Below, in pieces: positions 37,801 through 48,586 of a stretch of 52,598 nt of DNA. Positions within the stretch are counted from its first letter, which is position 1; every line of letters starts with the position of its first letter. Below the pieces are notes generated by a model. The model had not been told where the DNA came from and did no database searches. It saw only the letters and a list, made by a program, of their open reading frames with translations. The DNA is taken from assembly GCA_000182565.2 (NCBI GenBank), contig KQ257471.1; one strand, 5' to 3'. Source of the DNA: Spizellomyces punctatus DAOM BR117 (taxonomy: Eukaryota). The position numbers and the translations under genes were made by a program.

Positions 37801-38508
37801 GTGCATCGATAAAGTACCATAGCACCACCCAACTAATCCACGTAGCACCCAACCAGCATGACCTATGCGAGCATCGTGTGTCAGTATCAAGCAAAGTAAT
37901 GTCATATATTCGTGATTCTACCATCTTGCAACCTCAGTACTGACACGTAAATCGGATTTTGATGATACCGAATCAAACACTCCTGGGTCTCCAGGATTCC
38001 AGATAATTAGGCTCACGAGCGCCGGTGTCGCAAACAACGCAATACCGGAGAACAAGTACACAAAGAAACGCGCCCACCCTGGTAAGTAGCAACAATCGAG
38101 GCCAAATAAACCTTTTGCCCGATATTCTTTTTCTTCCTCCTCCGGCTGGGCATCGGTCTCCACATGAAACCAGTCAAACTCATCCTCTGGAGGCTTCGCC
38201 GTACCTGGCGCCCCAGTGTTGGGCGACTGTTCGTTGAGGAGAGGATTTGAGCCTGGAGAATAACGTGGTGGAGAGGAACCGGAACCGGACTGTGGCGGTA
38301 ATGATGTAGAAGATTGCGCAGGGCCTTGTACGCGCACTGTGAGATTCTCGGTTTGCCGCACCCTCAAGTTCTTTTGCAAAGCTCCGGGTGTGGTCGGTAA
38401 CGCTGATGAATTCGATTGATTAGATTGAATATTTTCAACAGTTTGCGATGCTCCTTCGGCGGATGCAGGAGGTGATGGATGTGATTTAAAATTCTGGGGG
38501 CTCGACAT
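34877..38508 (-). CDS. MscS-like mechanosensitive channel (Msy1/Msy2 type) with EF-hand
   Basis: N-terminal TM helices, AGKLAKKIF, FAALDQDGNGSITRKEV, LALSFVFG...AFESLLFLFLTHPYDAGD, LVASKLIHNLRRSGDQ, HKGNWQDGSKRWNRR...FMFALKKNLLELGIRY. Confidence 0.9.
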
Positions 38509-38734
38509 TTTCCTCCCTGAAAGCAAGTCTATGTAACCTGGGGCACCGACGAAAGTCGGAGATTTGTGCAGCTTCATCCGAGTCCTGTTGCTCATTTTGA
38601 TTTCACATCCCGTAAACATTTACCCTTATCACATTCCATAAGGCTGATCATATTACGAAGATCATAAGCAGTACATTAACTTCCACATCGCCCGAGTCGC
38701 GAATGCATCATCTAGTCATCATCGCTGCATAAAA

Positions 38735-39165
38735 CTATGTTTCGCCACTGTCAAGCTCGCTACTAGATGCGATCTTCTTCTTCAATGAATTATGCCAATG
38801 ATTGCGAACTTGCGACTCGGTAACGCCGTATATTTTGTTGAATGCTTCAGTTACTTTTCCCCATTGCTTTCCATGCTCTTTTACCAGTTCGATGATCGTG
38901 GCATCTTCCTCCGGTTGCCAGATTTTTCCCGGTTTGAGCAGTGCCTTGGATTGCCCCTGATAGATACGTATTCAAAGCCAAAGCTGTCGTGGGCAACAAC
39001 AATAGGATGGATCTGGCAGGATCTAATAAGCAAAGTGCTTACCTCACTGGCGTCAGTGGATTTCTTGCGTTTGGGCGTCGGTGGAACTGATGTACTGCTT
39101 CTTGGCTCGTTCTCATCCTGTTCCAGAACGAGTTCTTCCGATTTTATTTTCTTTGGCCTTCCCAT
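38735..39165 (-). CDS. Small single-Myb/SANT domain protein (about 114 aa, two exons)
   Basis: Exon 1 MGRPKKIK...STDASE, GTAAG...CAG intron, exon 2 GQSKALLKPGKIWQPEEDATIIELVKEHGKQWGKVTEAFNKIYGVTESQVRNHWHNSLKKK with three spaced Trp residues. Confidence 0.85.
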
Positions 39166-39572
39166 TGGCGTAGGGTATGTGACTGTCTTTTTTCAACGTG
39201 ACGAAGATTAAATTGATAATGCAACTTGCGTGCGAAATCTCCTCATATCTATACTCATCTTTATATGAACGCGAGTTACTGATGGGCTGGCATGATGTGG
39301 ATTAGAAGGGGCTTGCCACTTGTGTGATGGCCAGTGACAGCGCCCCCAATACTTGAACACTGGATACACATATTCAATAGGGCACCATTGAGCGGGCACG
39401 ATGTGGCGGGTTGTTTGCAGGCAGTAGATTTCATCTTTTGATTTTTATTATCCATGGTGCATTAGGGGATACAGTTAATGGAAATGCTAAAATGCAGGAC
39501 AGCATTACCGAATACAATTTATGCACAGAGACTGAAATTATCATTATTCGCTAAGTGACTTTGAAAATCAAT

Positions 39573-39656
39573 CCGGCCTTAGCTCAGTTGGCAGTAGCAT
39601 TAGACTGTAATGATTCAGCAATCTAAGGGTCCCCAGTTCGAATCTGGGAGGCCGGA
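39573..39656 (+). tRNA. tRNA-Tyr(GTA) with 10-nt intron (39611-39620)
   Basis: Acceptor ccggcct/aggccgg, anticodon arm ttaga-ctgtaa..a-tctaa, T arm cccag-ttcgaat-ctggg, downstream T-run. Confidence 0.92.
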
Positions 39657-40077
39657 CTCTGAGGTCGTTTCACCGTAACTTTTTTGATGCTGCGTCGGTG
39701 ACGAGCGGGAACTCATTTTTACATCAATATGCTGAATGCTGAACTAATTGACAGACACAATGCCCTATTATAAATAGATAGTACTTGTACGGGCAACAAC
39801 GGTGGTCGACCGAATACGACGGATAGGCGGATAGCCTGACGGCACCTCAGACGGCGAATTGGCAGTTAGCTGGGACGAGTTATTGCGCGAATTCGTGAAT
39901 GACGAGTGAGGAATAGCGACTCAAGAGCATCTTAGTATGGCTGAATGTAACTATATATTGTTTATACAAATCCCAAAATATCATTTCATACCAAAGCTAC
40001 CAATCCCCAAGCACTAATATCCTATATGTACTTTCCACAAAACTGTCCATTGGCATGAGAAGACGCAATGTCGTCAT

Positions 40078-42188
40078 TCAGTAACCGATCCAGTATCCAG
40101 CTAACTTTTCCACTGTATACCGCCGCAATAATCCAATTGCAAGGATAACGGTCAGAATATGATACATAATCGACCGCGGCGGCTTCATCTGAGAATCAGT
40201 ATTAGACGGGGTTCACCTTTCGAAAATGATTGTCAATCTTAAATACGAACCACAGGTTTGAAATCACGATATTTCGGTCTAAAAGTCTGCACCCAGTACC
40301 AAAATACAGTGTGAGGCCATAACGCAGTGACCTTCCCTGACTTGTTTTTGTACCAACTCTGACAACCACCTGCATTCCAGGTGGTTGTTTCCATGGCTTT
40401 GTAAATCTTCTCTGTGAATGCCTGTAAGGCTTCACGACGAACTTCGACTGCTAGCGTTTTGGTCGCGAGCTGTGTGCTGATCATCTGCACGATGTAGTTG
40501 ACCTGACACCTTTCATAGATATGTTGAACACGACGAACGATTGAAACTTTGCGAACAGGGTTTTGAACTTACTCAATCATAGTAAGAACCGAAGAATGTC
40601 CCAAGCCAGAATGCGGTCCCAGGATGGTATAAAAGTTGGGGAATCCGTTGACAGTCATTCCAAGGTACGCTTCGGGATCATTTTCCCATCTGGCTTTCAG
40701 TTTTAAACCATCTCGGCCCTCGACATCTATATGGCCCATAGAATCCTGCGTCACAAATCCAGTTGCAAGTACAAGCGCATCCACGTCATGCCGGTTTCCG
40801 CCGGCCGTCACAACCCCATATTCATCAATTCGCGATATAGGGTCGGTAACTAGTACAGTTGTGGGATGTTGAATAGCGGAAAGATAGTCACTGCTTAGAA
40901 TAACGCGCTTGCAGCCGACCGCATAATTTGGAATGAGTTTCGTTTGGAGTTCGGGATCTTTGATTTGATCTTTCATGAACTTTGCAAATCGTGCGGTAGC
41001 AGCTTTGGAGATAATCCCTCCAGGACGAAATGCACCAAGTCCAAATAAGAGATCTCTCTGTTTTGAAGATTTGAGATTAGAAAGTGGGCTATGGGCATTG
41101 AGTCATTACGTACCCGCGCAAAAAGAATAGTACGCCACAGTGCTTGTACACCAGGAATGTACCGGAAGATGAACTTCAAGAACTTCGGGTGTTTGTAATT
41201 GTATCGCGGAAGCACCCAGTTGGGCGTCCGTTGGAATACGACCAGTTTTTCCGTAATAGGCACCAGTTCTGGGATTACTTGCGCCCCACTACAGTTGTCA
41301 GTCAGACAGATAAAATGAGCTGTCAGAGTTTAAATCGACTTGTCACACATACCTTGCAGCATTCCCAATTACCCCAACTCTCTTCCCTTTCAGTGACACG
41401 TCCCGATCCCACATGGCTGTATGTAACGTAGGCCCTTTGAAGTCATTCAATCCTGGTATCTCAGGGTAGTACGGCCGATTCAATCCGCCTACTGCAGACA
41501 ACAGGATATTCGCGGTGGCATCAACCTCTTTGATGACGCCATTATCGCCCGCAATGTTCAGCTTCAGACGCCATAGGTTTTGCTCAGCATCCCATCGAGC
41601 GGAGACAACTTCGGTCCGAAATCGGATATGTTCAATCAAGCCATATTTGCGGGCGACAGATGCGAAATACTCTCTGATTTCATCTGCAGGAGAGAACGCT
41701 TGACTCCAATCTAAGAAAGAGGTAGTTAACACTGAAGCCAACATGAGGCTAACCGTTCGGCAGTTACCTGGGTTTGGCTCAAAGCTGTAAGAGTACAAAT
41801 GCGAAGCAACATCGCATGCGCATCCAGGATATTTGTTATCAAACCTACAGAGGTCGGAATCACATACTCGTTAGATCCCATTGGGTTACGCTATTTACCA
41901 GGGCGGCCATCATTACACTTCCATAAAATGCGCTCTTTGCATCACTCTTGACGTCCATTTTTCAAATATGCCGTGTCAATGTGTGTGTCAAACCTACCAG
42001 GTTCCCCCCAAATCGGCTGATTTTTCGTAAATGGTGAACGAAGTGAGCCCGAGCTTCTTTATGAGTTGAATAGCAGCACATAGTCCAGAGGCACTACAGG
42101 GAGGAATAATGTCAGAACTATGGTTTCTGACGTGCATATATCCCATGCCCACTTACCCCGCCCCGATAATAGCTACGCTCAGCTGCAT
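40078..42188 (-). CDS. Baeyer-Villiger / flavin-containing monooxygenase (multi-exon; 3' end either 40239 or 40078)
   Basis: VAIIGAG, GGTW/FDNKYPGCACDVASHLYSYSF, BVMO fingerprint FKGPTLHTAMWD, KRVGVIGNAAS, VFQRTPNW, GCKR, LVLATGF, GFPNFY. Confidence 0.93.
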
Positions 42189-42663
42189 ACCGTCTTGCGA
42201 TACCACTGAAAAGTGTGGTTTTCCAAAAAAAAAAAAAAAACTTTGATGGCGGAAACTGCCTTGTTGACGTTCTTTTTGGATGGGTGGTGAGTCGGCTAAA
42301 GCGGTATTCGGAATTCGGCTTGGGCGGAGAAACCTTACCTTATGCCTTTGATGCAGATCACACGACATATTGTTGCACAAGAACGCATTTCCATGACTGT
42401 GCACAGATCTGTTCATTAACCTATAAAAGGTTACATTGCAGAATCAATCGATGGACAAAAATGCAACATCGCGTTGGTTGTAATTTTTTGGATTGCTCAC
42501 AAAGCCGCTTTTCGGGGCGACTTTTTGAATCTCCGCTTTCACCCTCGAAAATTGCGTTGACTAAAACAACGAACAGTGGCCATACGGTGGAGAGACCGGC
42601 TCACTGAATTGCATTGCATATCGCGAACGTTGTTGCACGATGCGAACGAACGGAATGTCGAAG

Positions 42664-44310
42664 ATGGCACTGGAGAGGTCGCCTCTTGCTTCAACAGACG
42701 CCCGTCAGCGACAAAAGGGTTCTGCCACAACTCAAACCTCTTCCAACGTAAAAGCTTTGAACGACAAATCACCAGAGTCTAGACTGCCGTCTCCTCCATA
42801 TAATACTGCACCAGCGGCGCACGTCACACCGCACTCCAATTCAGTCCAACCCACGTACCCTCTTCCACGACTGAAATCTGCCCTCCGCTCTATTTTGCTT
42901 CCCATCATCCAGTACGAAACCAGCGGAATCGCGAATTTGCAGAGAAGGATACGATCGCCGCTTGTAGATGCCTGTTTCAAGTATTTGGGCGCGTTGGGAA
43001 CACATACGGCGTTTCTACTGCTGCTCCCCATGCTCTTTTGGTTCGAAAGCGGTGCTATGATGGACGTACACGGGCGAAGCGTGGATGTTAATAGAGTGTA
43101 CGGGAGATCACTCGTCCTCTTGTTGGCAGCGGGCGTTTACTTGTCAGGTGCCGTCAAGGTAAGATTGCTCCGCAAGAACGAACCTCCGCGATGCAAAGAT
43201 TGAATGGAATATTGGCAGGATTACCTGGGTCTTCCTCGACCCTTTTCTCCACCAGTCGCACGCGTTTCCGTCTCACGGTCCATCGATGCTGAGTACGGCT
43301 TCCCATCAACACACACGGCCAATGCGGTTTCCTTATCGCTTTTTACAGGGCTCTTTTTTCTAAGACACTGGTCAGATGGATGGACAGACAATGGTCAACG
43401 TAATGTCCTGGCAGTCCTTACATTGTATTCCATTTTGATTGCAATCAGTCGAATCGTTACTGGGATGCACACTTTGTTGGATGTTCTCGGTGGGGCAGTG
43501 GTTGGAGGCGGAATAGTGGTGATACATTGGCTGTGGACTATGCCGATGATGGAGGAATGGTTGATGACAAGTTGGACCGGTAAGGTTTTCTTCGGGACAC
43601 CATTTTGATCAGTCAAAACCCCTCTTGACCAATGTCTTTTCTAGTTCCTATTATCATTGTTCCAATCTGCATCCTTCTAATTAGTATTCATCCTGACCCG
43701 GACGGCCCTTGCCCGTGCTTTGATGATTCAGTTGCATTTGTCGGCGTGGTGATGGGTTTGACCATTGGTAACTGGCATCACGCCATATATGTGGCATCAA
43801 GTGGATACACAGCCACCAGCAAATCAGCTGCACTGGGACCTATAATGGTGATACAAAGGCTGGTCTATGGTGCGTTCGGATTCGCAAACCGAACGAACGA
43901 TTATGTACTAACTACTACTGTCATAACCCAGGTGTTAGTATAATTGTTGCGTGGCGGTTATCCGTAAAACGGATTTGCTATGCACTATTACCCCCACTTT
44001 ACCGGCTACTGGCATTTCCCTTCGGACGCAAGTATTTTGCTCTTGCCGACAAGTGAGTCAAACCTGCCCCGTCAAAGTCTTTCCTGGTCATTAACGCAAG
44101 TATAAATCTTCTAGGGACTACCAGTCCATTCCGTCGTCGCATGTTGGGAGCTTTGCACCATCTTTGCTTCACCTGCCGACTAGCGAACGCAACCGATTCA
44201 AGCTCCCCCGATATGATGTGGATATTGCCACGAAACTGATTGTGTACTCTGGGATTGGATGGCTGGCTACAGAAGGCATCCCAGTGTTATTTGAATTGCT
44301 AGGATTATAG
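42664..44310 (+). CDS. LCB3: Sphingoid long-chain base-1-phosphate phosphatase (PAP2 family, LCB3/SGPP-like)
   Basis: LGTHTAFLLLLP, K/DYLGLPRPFSPP, EYGFPSTH, SRIVTGMHTLLDV, HPDPDGPCPCFDDS, PRYDVDIATKLIVYSGIGWLA. Confidence 0.9.
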
Positions 44311-44553
44311 TGTACAGTAAACCTGATTTTGGGATGCGAGAATTCTCCGCTGATGATGATGAGATGGTTACATATATATTACCCATTATAATAAGAGCCA
44401 CCATTAAATAAAAGCCCCTTTGCACAGTTATAATATTCCTCTCCTCCATATCCCAAGATAGTGCCATATTCCGCGCTCATATTTCCATGACCAAGTTATA
44501 AATACATCACATATGTGGCAAACAAACTAATGAGGAATGTACACGACGAATAA

Positions 44554-45306
44554 CTAACTAGCAGCAGAGGTAGATCCAGTCAGCTGAGCCAATAACAGTC
44601 GCAGTCTTCTCTTCGAGATCTCACTTGCGTCGGCAGGTTCACCTCCAAGGTGAGCATTGCCCTCTTCCAGCTCACTTACTCGACGAAACACCAGATCCCA
44701 GTTCCACTCCGGTCGGGATTTTGGTGCACTGTCCCAATACGAGGCCTCTGCTTCTTCGATGGCTTCGTAGAAGGATTTCAAATCATTAGATCCTACTGAG
44801 GGCGAGGTGAGAAATTCGTCGATGAGAGATGATGCGGTGAGGTCAGAACGAGGAGGGTGAAGATGAAGTTGGGGTTGCGGTGGTTGAGGCGGTGGCGGGT
44901 GCGATTTTAGATACTGAATCGTAAAAGCTTCGTCGCCCCATTCTGTACTGTACTCTTCTTCCTCCTCTTCCTCTTCTACCATCTCCCGGGTCCACTGGTC
45001 CGCCAAAAAGTTCGACGGTGGTTGTAGCGACTGTCGTTCTTCTGAGGGAACAGGTCGGGCAGCACCCTTTTTCCAATCAGTATTTCCATTATCAAACTCC
45101 TCAAACTCCTTTCCCCATCCGTTCACATCCAGCCGGCCCCTATGGCTCCAGCCATTCTGCTCCAGAAGCGGTGGTTCGGCAACTCGAGCAATACTTGAAC
45201 TGGACTCGCCCAAACGGAATTTGGAACTCCCGGAATCAACTAAATGGTCAAAGAGGTGCGCCACTGCGTGGGAAGAGCCCACACAGGCATCTGCGGAACG
45301 GCTCAT
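44554..45306 (-). CDS. Acidic disordered protein with Pex5/Pex20-like N-terminus and WxxxF motifs, no TPR domain
   Basis: Single ORF: MSRSADACVGSSHAVAHLFDHL, WGKEF, WTREM, WDLVF, C-terminal RLRLLLAQL. Confidence 0.55.
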   Translation of the reverse strand: MSRSADACVGSSHAVAHLFDHLVDSGSSKFRLGESSSSIARVAEPPLLEQNGWSHRGRLDVNGWGKEFEEFDNGNTDWKKGAARPVPSEERQSLQPPSNFLADQWTREMVEEEEEEEEYSTEWGDEAFTIQYLKSHPPPPQPPQPQLHLHPPRSDLTASSLIDEFLTSPSVGSNDLKSFYEAIEEAEASYWDSAPKSRPEWNWDLVFRRVSELEEGNAHLGGEPADASEISKRRLRLLLAQLTGSTSAAS

Positions 45307-45471
45307 TTCATGAGTGAATAGGCTGTCGATATGTAAAGCTAGTGACAAGATAGAGAAACTCCGATCGAACTCTTTTCACCTACCCGAAAATTACCGAGGT
45401 TACAGAAGAATCACATGGGTGTCACTGAAACTATCTAGGACTTGTCGCACTCCGGTAAAATGTTTTTCAAG

Positions 45472-45544
45472 GCTTCCTTAGCTCAGTTGGGAGAGCGTTA
45501 GACTGAAGATCTAAAGGTCTCGTGTTCAATCCACGAAGGGAGCA
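45472..45544 (+). tRNA. tRNA-Phe(GAA), intronless
   Basis: gcttcct...agggagc-a acceptor, ttaga-ctgaaga-tctaa anticodon arm, 73 nt, downstream T-run. Confidence 0.96.
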
Positions 45545-45674
45545 TATCTTGGTCGACAGAGGACTCTTTTTTGGATTGCTGGGCCGCCCTAACGTACGCA
45601 GTCACTGGGCGACTCATGATGTCATCGTCCTAAAGTGATTGCTAGAGGAAGCTTTTTACCACTTGCTCTCCGCA

Positions 45675-47000
45675 ATGGCGACCGCTGAACGTCCCTCTGC
45701 CGATGGTCTAACGGAGTGTGAGCATCGTACAGTTGTCAGAGTAGGATCATCGGCCAGCGACGGTATAGACATTTTGGGGCTGACCAAGCCGATATCAAAT
45801 ATAGAAACGATATTTCATGAGATCGATGGTATCTGTTGAGTTGTGATAGCGTCCTCAGCTCTCATATTGTTCACACTCTCCACTTTCAGTGGCACTCAAT
45901 CGCGACAGCCCACCAGCTCTAGAATATCTGTTTTTTGAACCGTATACATCATTTGTTATCTTCCGCAACTTTTTAAGTATTGGAGTGCGACCGTTCGGAC
46001 ATTCCGCATTACGATATACCCTCCCGAATGGGCAACAAATATTGGTGAATGTTACCAAGAAGGAGGGGTGCAAGCTTGTGGAGATATGGGATCCCGTGGA
46101 CTTTTTGTATGGGATTGGAGAGGTAGGGTGAGGTTAGTCCGACATTGGGCGAGTCAGTGGGATATATACAGTGTTGATGGTACGCTGGTCTTGCAGCTGA
46201 TTAACCGTTCCATATCCTACCCACTTAGGCAAGCCGCGAACAAGGCGGAATATATTCTCGCCACGTTGTTTCCATTCGCATCGAATCCCTCCCTGCAGCC
46301 CAAATCCACGCCCTCCACAGCTACTTTGTTTCCGTTCGTCAGGCAGTAGAAAACCACGAAGCGGCATTCAGTACCATGCTGGGACCCCTATTGAACCTGA
46401 CGCGACGCTGCTTTCCATCTCCTGAACGTGGCAACTGTGCTCGATGGATATCAAAAGGTCTTGTTGAAGCGGGCGTCATGTCCCGATATCGCATGTTTCC
46501 CAAAGATATTTTTGTGAGATTGTGGAAAGAGAATAAAGGGGAGCGTGGGAATGGCAATGTAAATGTCGTTTGGTATCAGCGCATAGAACATGCTTGGCAT
46601 CGATATGGCCAACAGTGGAGAAATAATCATGGGTTCTCGTTTGTGACTTTGTCGCCCAAAGGCTTGGTTCGGACAGTCAAGTAGGTTTGGTCACCTAGAA
46701 CATTGTGGGGTCATGCACTAATAGGGTTCTTTATCCTTCTACAGATACCTCCATCTTCATCATATTGCCAATGTTGTCGTCCAAGTTCCAGCGGACTCAT
46801 CCCGTGCCGAAGTGCGCGTACTGAAGCGAGATGGGCAATCTGATACATCAACAACGCTGAACTATGAACAACCTAATACGGAATCTTCCTTATCTGAGCC
46901 AGCAAGGAAATCATCAAAGAAGACGGGACATCGAAAATGGTGGAAAATCGGCCGGAGAAAGAAAGGTGATCAAGAAGTTCTATCATAACTCGTCGGGTAA
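45675..47000 (+). CDS. Conserved hypothetical protein, possible permuted papain-like (His before Cys) hydrolase; multi-exon
   Basis: PFGHSALRYTLPNGQQILVNV and ERGNCARWISKGLVEAG; GT-AG introns; stop at 46998-47000. Confidence 0.55.
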
Positions 47001-47419
47001 GAAGCATAAGGGAACATCGTCATATGTCGAAATTATCGTCTAATTTACTTTCATCATTTTACAGCTTTCTTAACTTACACCAGTAAAATGTAGCCCTTCT
47101 TATGGCCACTTTTCCTTTTACTGCTTTTATTGACAATTCAGGAATGTAGCTCTAGCATGTGAATGTAGTCGCGTGATCTTACAATATGCAATTATTCTGA
47201 GTCAGATTCAGCGGTCCTTGTGTTTGAGATATTCTCCTACAGTACGGGCATTGCGTTTCATCAAAATTCCATAATTTCAACGGCAGTTTGAGGTAATGAA
47301 CAAGTGACTGGGTGGGGAACTACAGGATCGCTTTGGTGTGGTGACAAAATTCCCCAAAAAAAGTCGTGGCCAAGAAAACATCTAGCTCCAATGCAAAAAA
47401 GAACCCGACAGCAACAAGA

Positions 47420-47492
47420 TGCTCCCTTCGTGGATTGAACACGAGACCTTTAGATCTTCAGTCTAACGCTCTCCCAACTGAGCTAAGGAAGC
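47420..47492 (-). tRNA. tRNA-Phe(GAA), identical inverted copy of 45472-45544
   Basis: Exact reverse complement; A-run at 47395-47400 gives the Pol III terminator on the minus strand. Confidence 0.96.
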
Positions 47493-48586
47493 TTATGTTC
47501 AGCATTCAAATATAGGCAAATATAAAGATTGATCTTGCTCTGCATCAATAGGCACAGTCGGAATTGCTATGTAGCAGTGTGCGGCGATAACCAGAAAAAC
47601 CACAGACTCCTCCTTGTGCCTCCCAAGTTCAGCAGTTTCGAGCACGTTCATGGGTTCTTCTTTTGACTTGGGGTGTTCAGATAGCCCCCATGTCTCGTTA
47701 TCCCGTCAAAGTGCCACCCACATCCGCCTGACAATGAGACACAGCCCGATGGCTCTCCAGCAAATTCCCCCACTCTTGTTCATATCTATGGATTAGAACC
47801 CGTCGTTTTCCCCAAAAAGGGTTGGATTGTGCCCACTTGATCAGCTGTGACACGGGCTACTCTTTTCAGCTTTTCCCACCCAAAGTAAGATAAGCTTGCG
47901 CGATCCCCGCAAACACGGAATGGTGTCACCGTACATCTGCGCACTGCAAAATTCTACCGATTGATATTGGCACTGTGCCACACTTTACATGCTTTTGCCA
48001 CCCCCGTCTATAGTCACGAGGAGACGCGCAGAGGGGGAACGGGGGACGTTTGGGGTCACCCTCCGTCATTTCCACCCGAAATGTGCACTTTCCACAAACG
48101 CGCGGATGGAAAAAACTTTGCGGTTGTTTGATCGTGGGGAGAGCCGCTGCCCCTTGTTGTGGCTTTTTGAAAAAGACGTGAGATAAGGCGCATACTTTTT
48201 GCCGGAATTTCTTTTTTCAATTGTTGGCGATTGTCGATTTTTTACTTTTTTTTTTACTTTGCGCGCTTGATATGGACTTCTGGCGGAGACAAGCGCAACT
48301 CAAAGTGGGGGTTTGAATTGGTGTTTTAAGTTACAAAAAGTTCCTACAAATAGGACGATCCCCCAGTTTCTCCTCCCTTAGCCCGGTTGCTCTCCATCCA
48401 GTTGTTCCCTTTTGTTGTCGTCTTGAAACTTGCCCGCTGGTCGGTGCTTTCTTTAGCTGCATTCACCCTCATTACCAAACTGTTCCCAACCTCATTAACG
48501 CAAGGTCGGTAGTAAAAGAATGAGTTGTTGTTGTGACGAGATGGAACATCGCAGCTAATCTTCCCTTCAATAGTTCGCAAGTAGTG

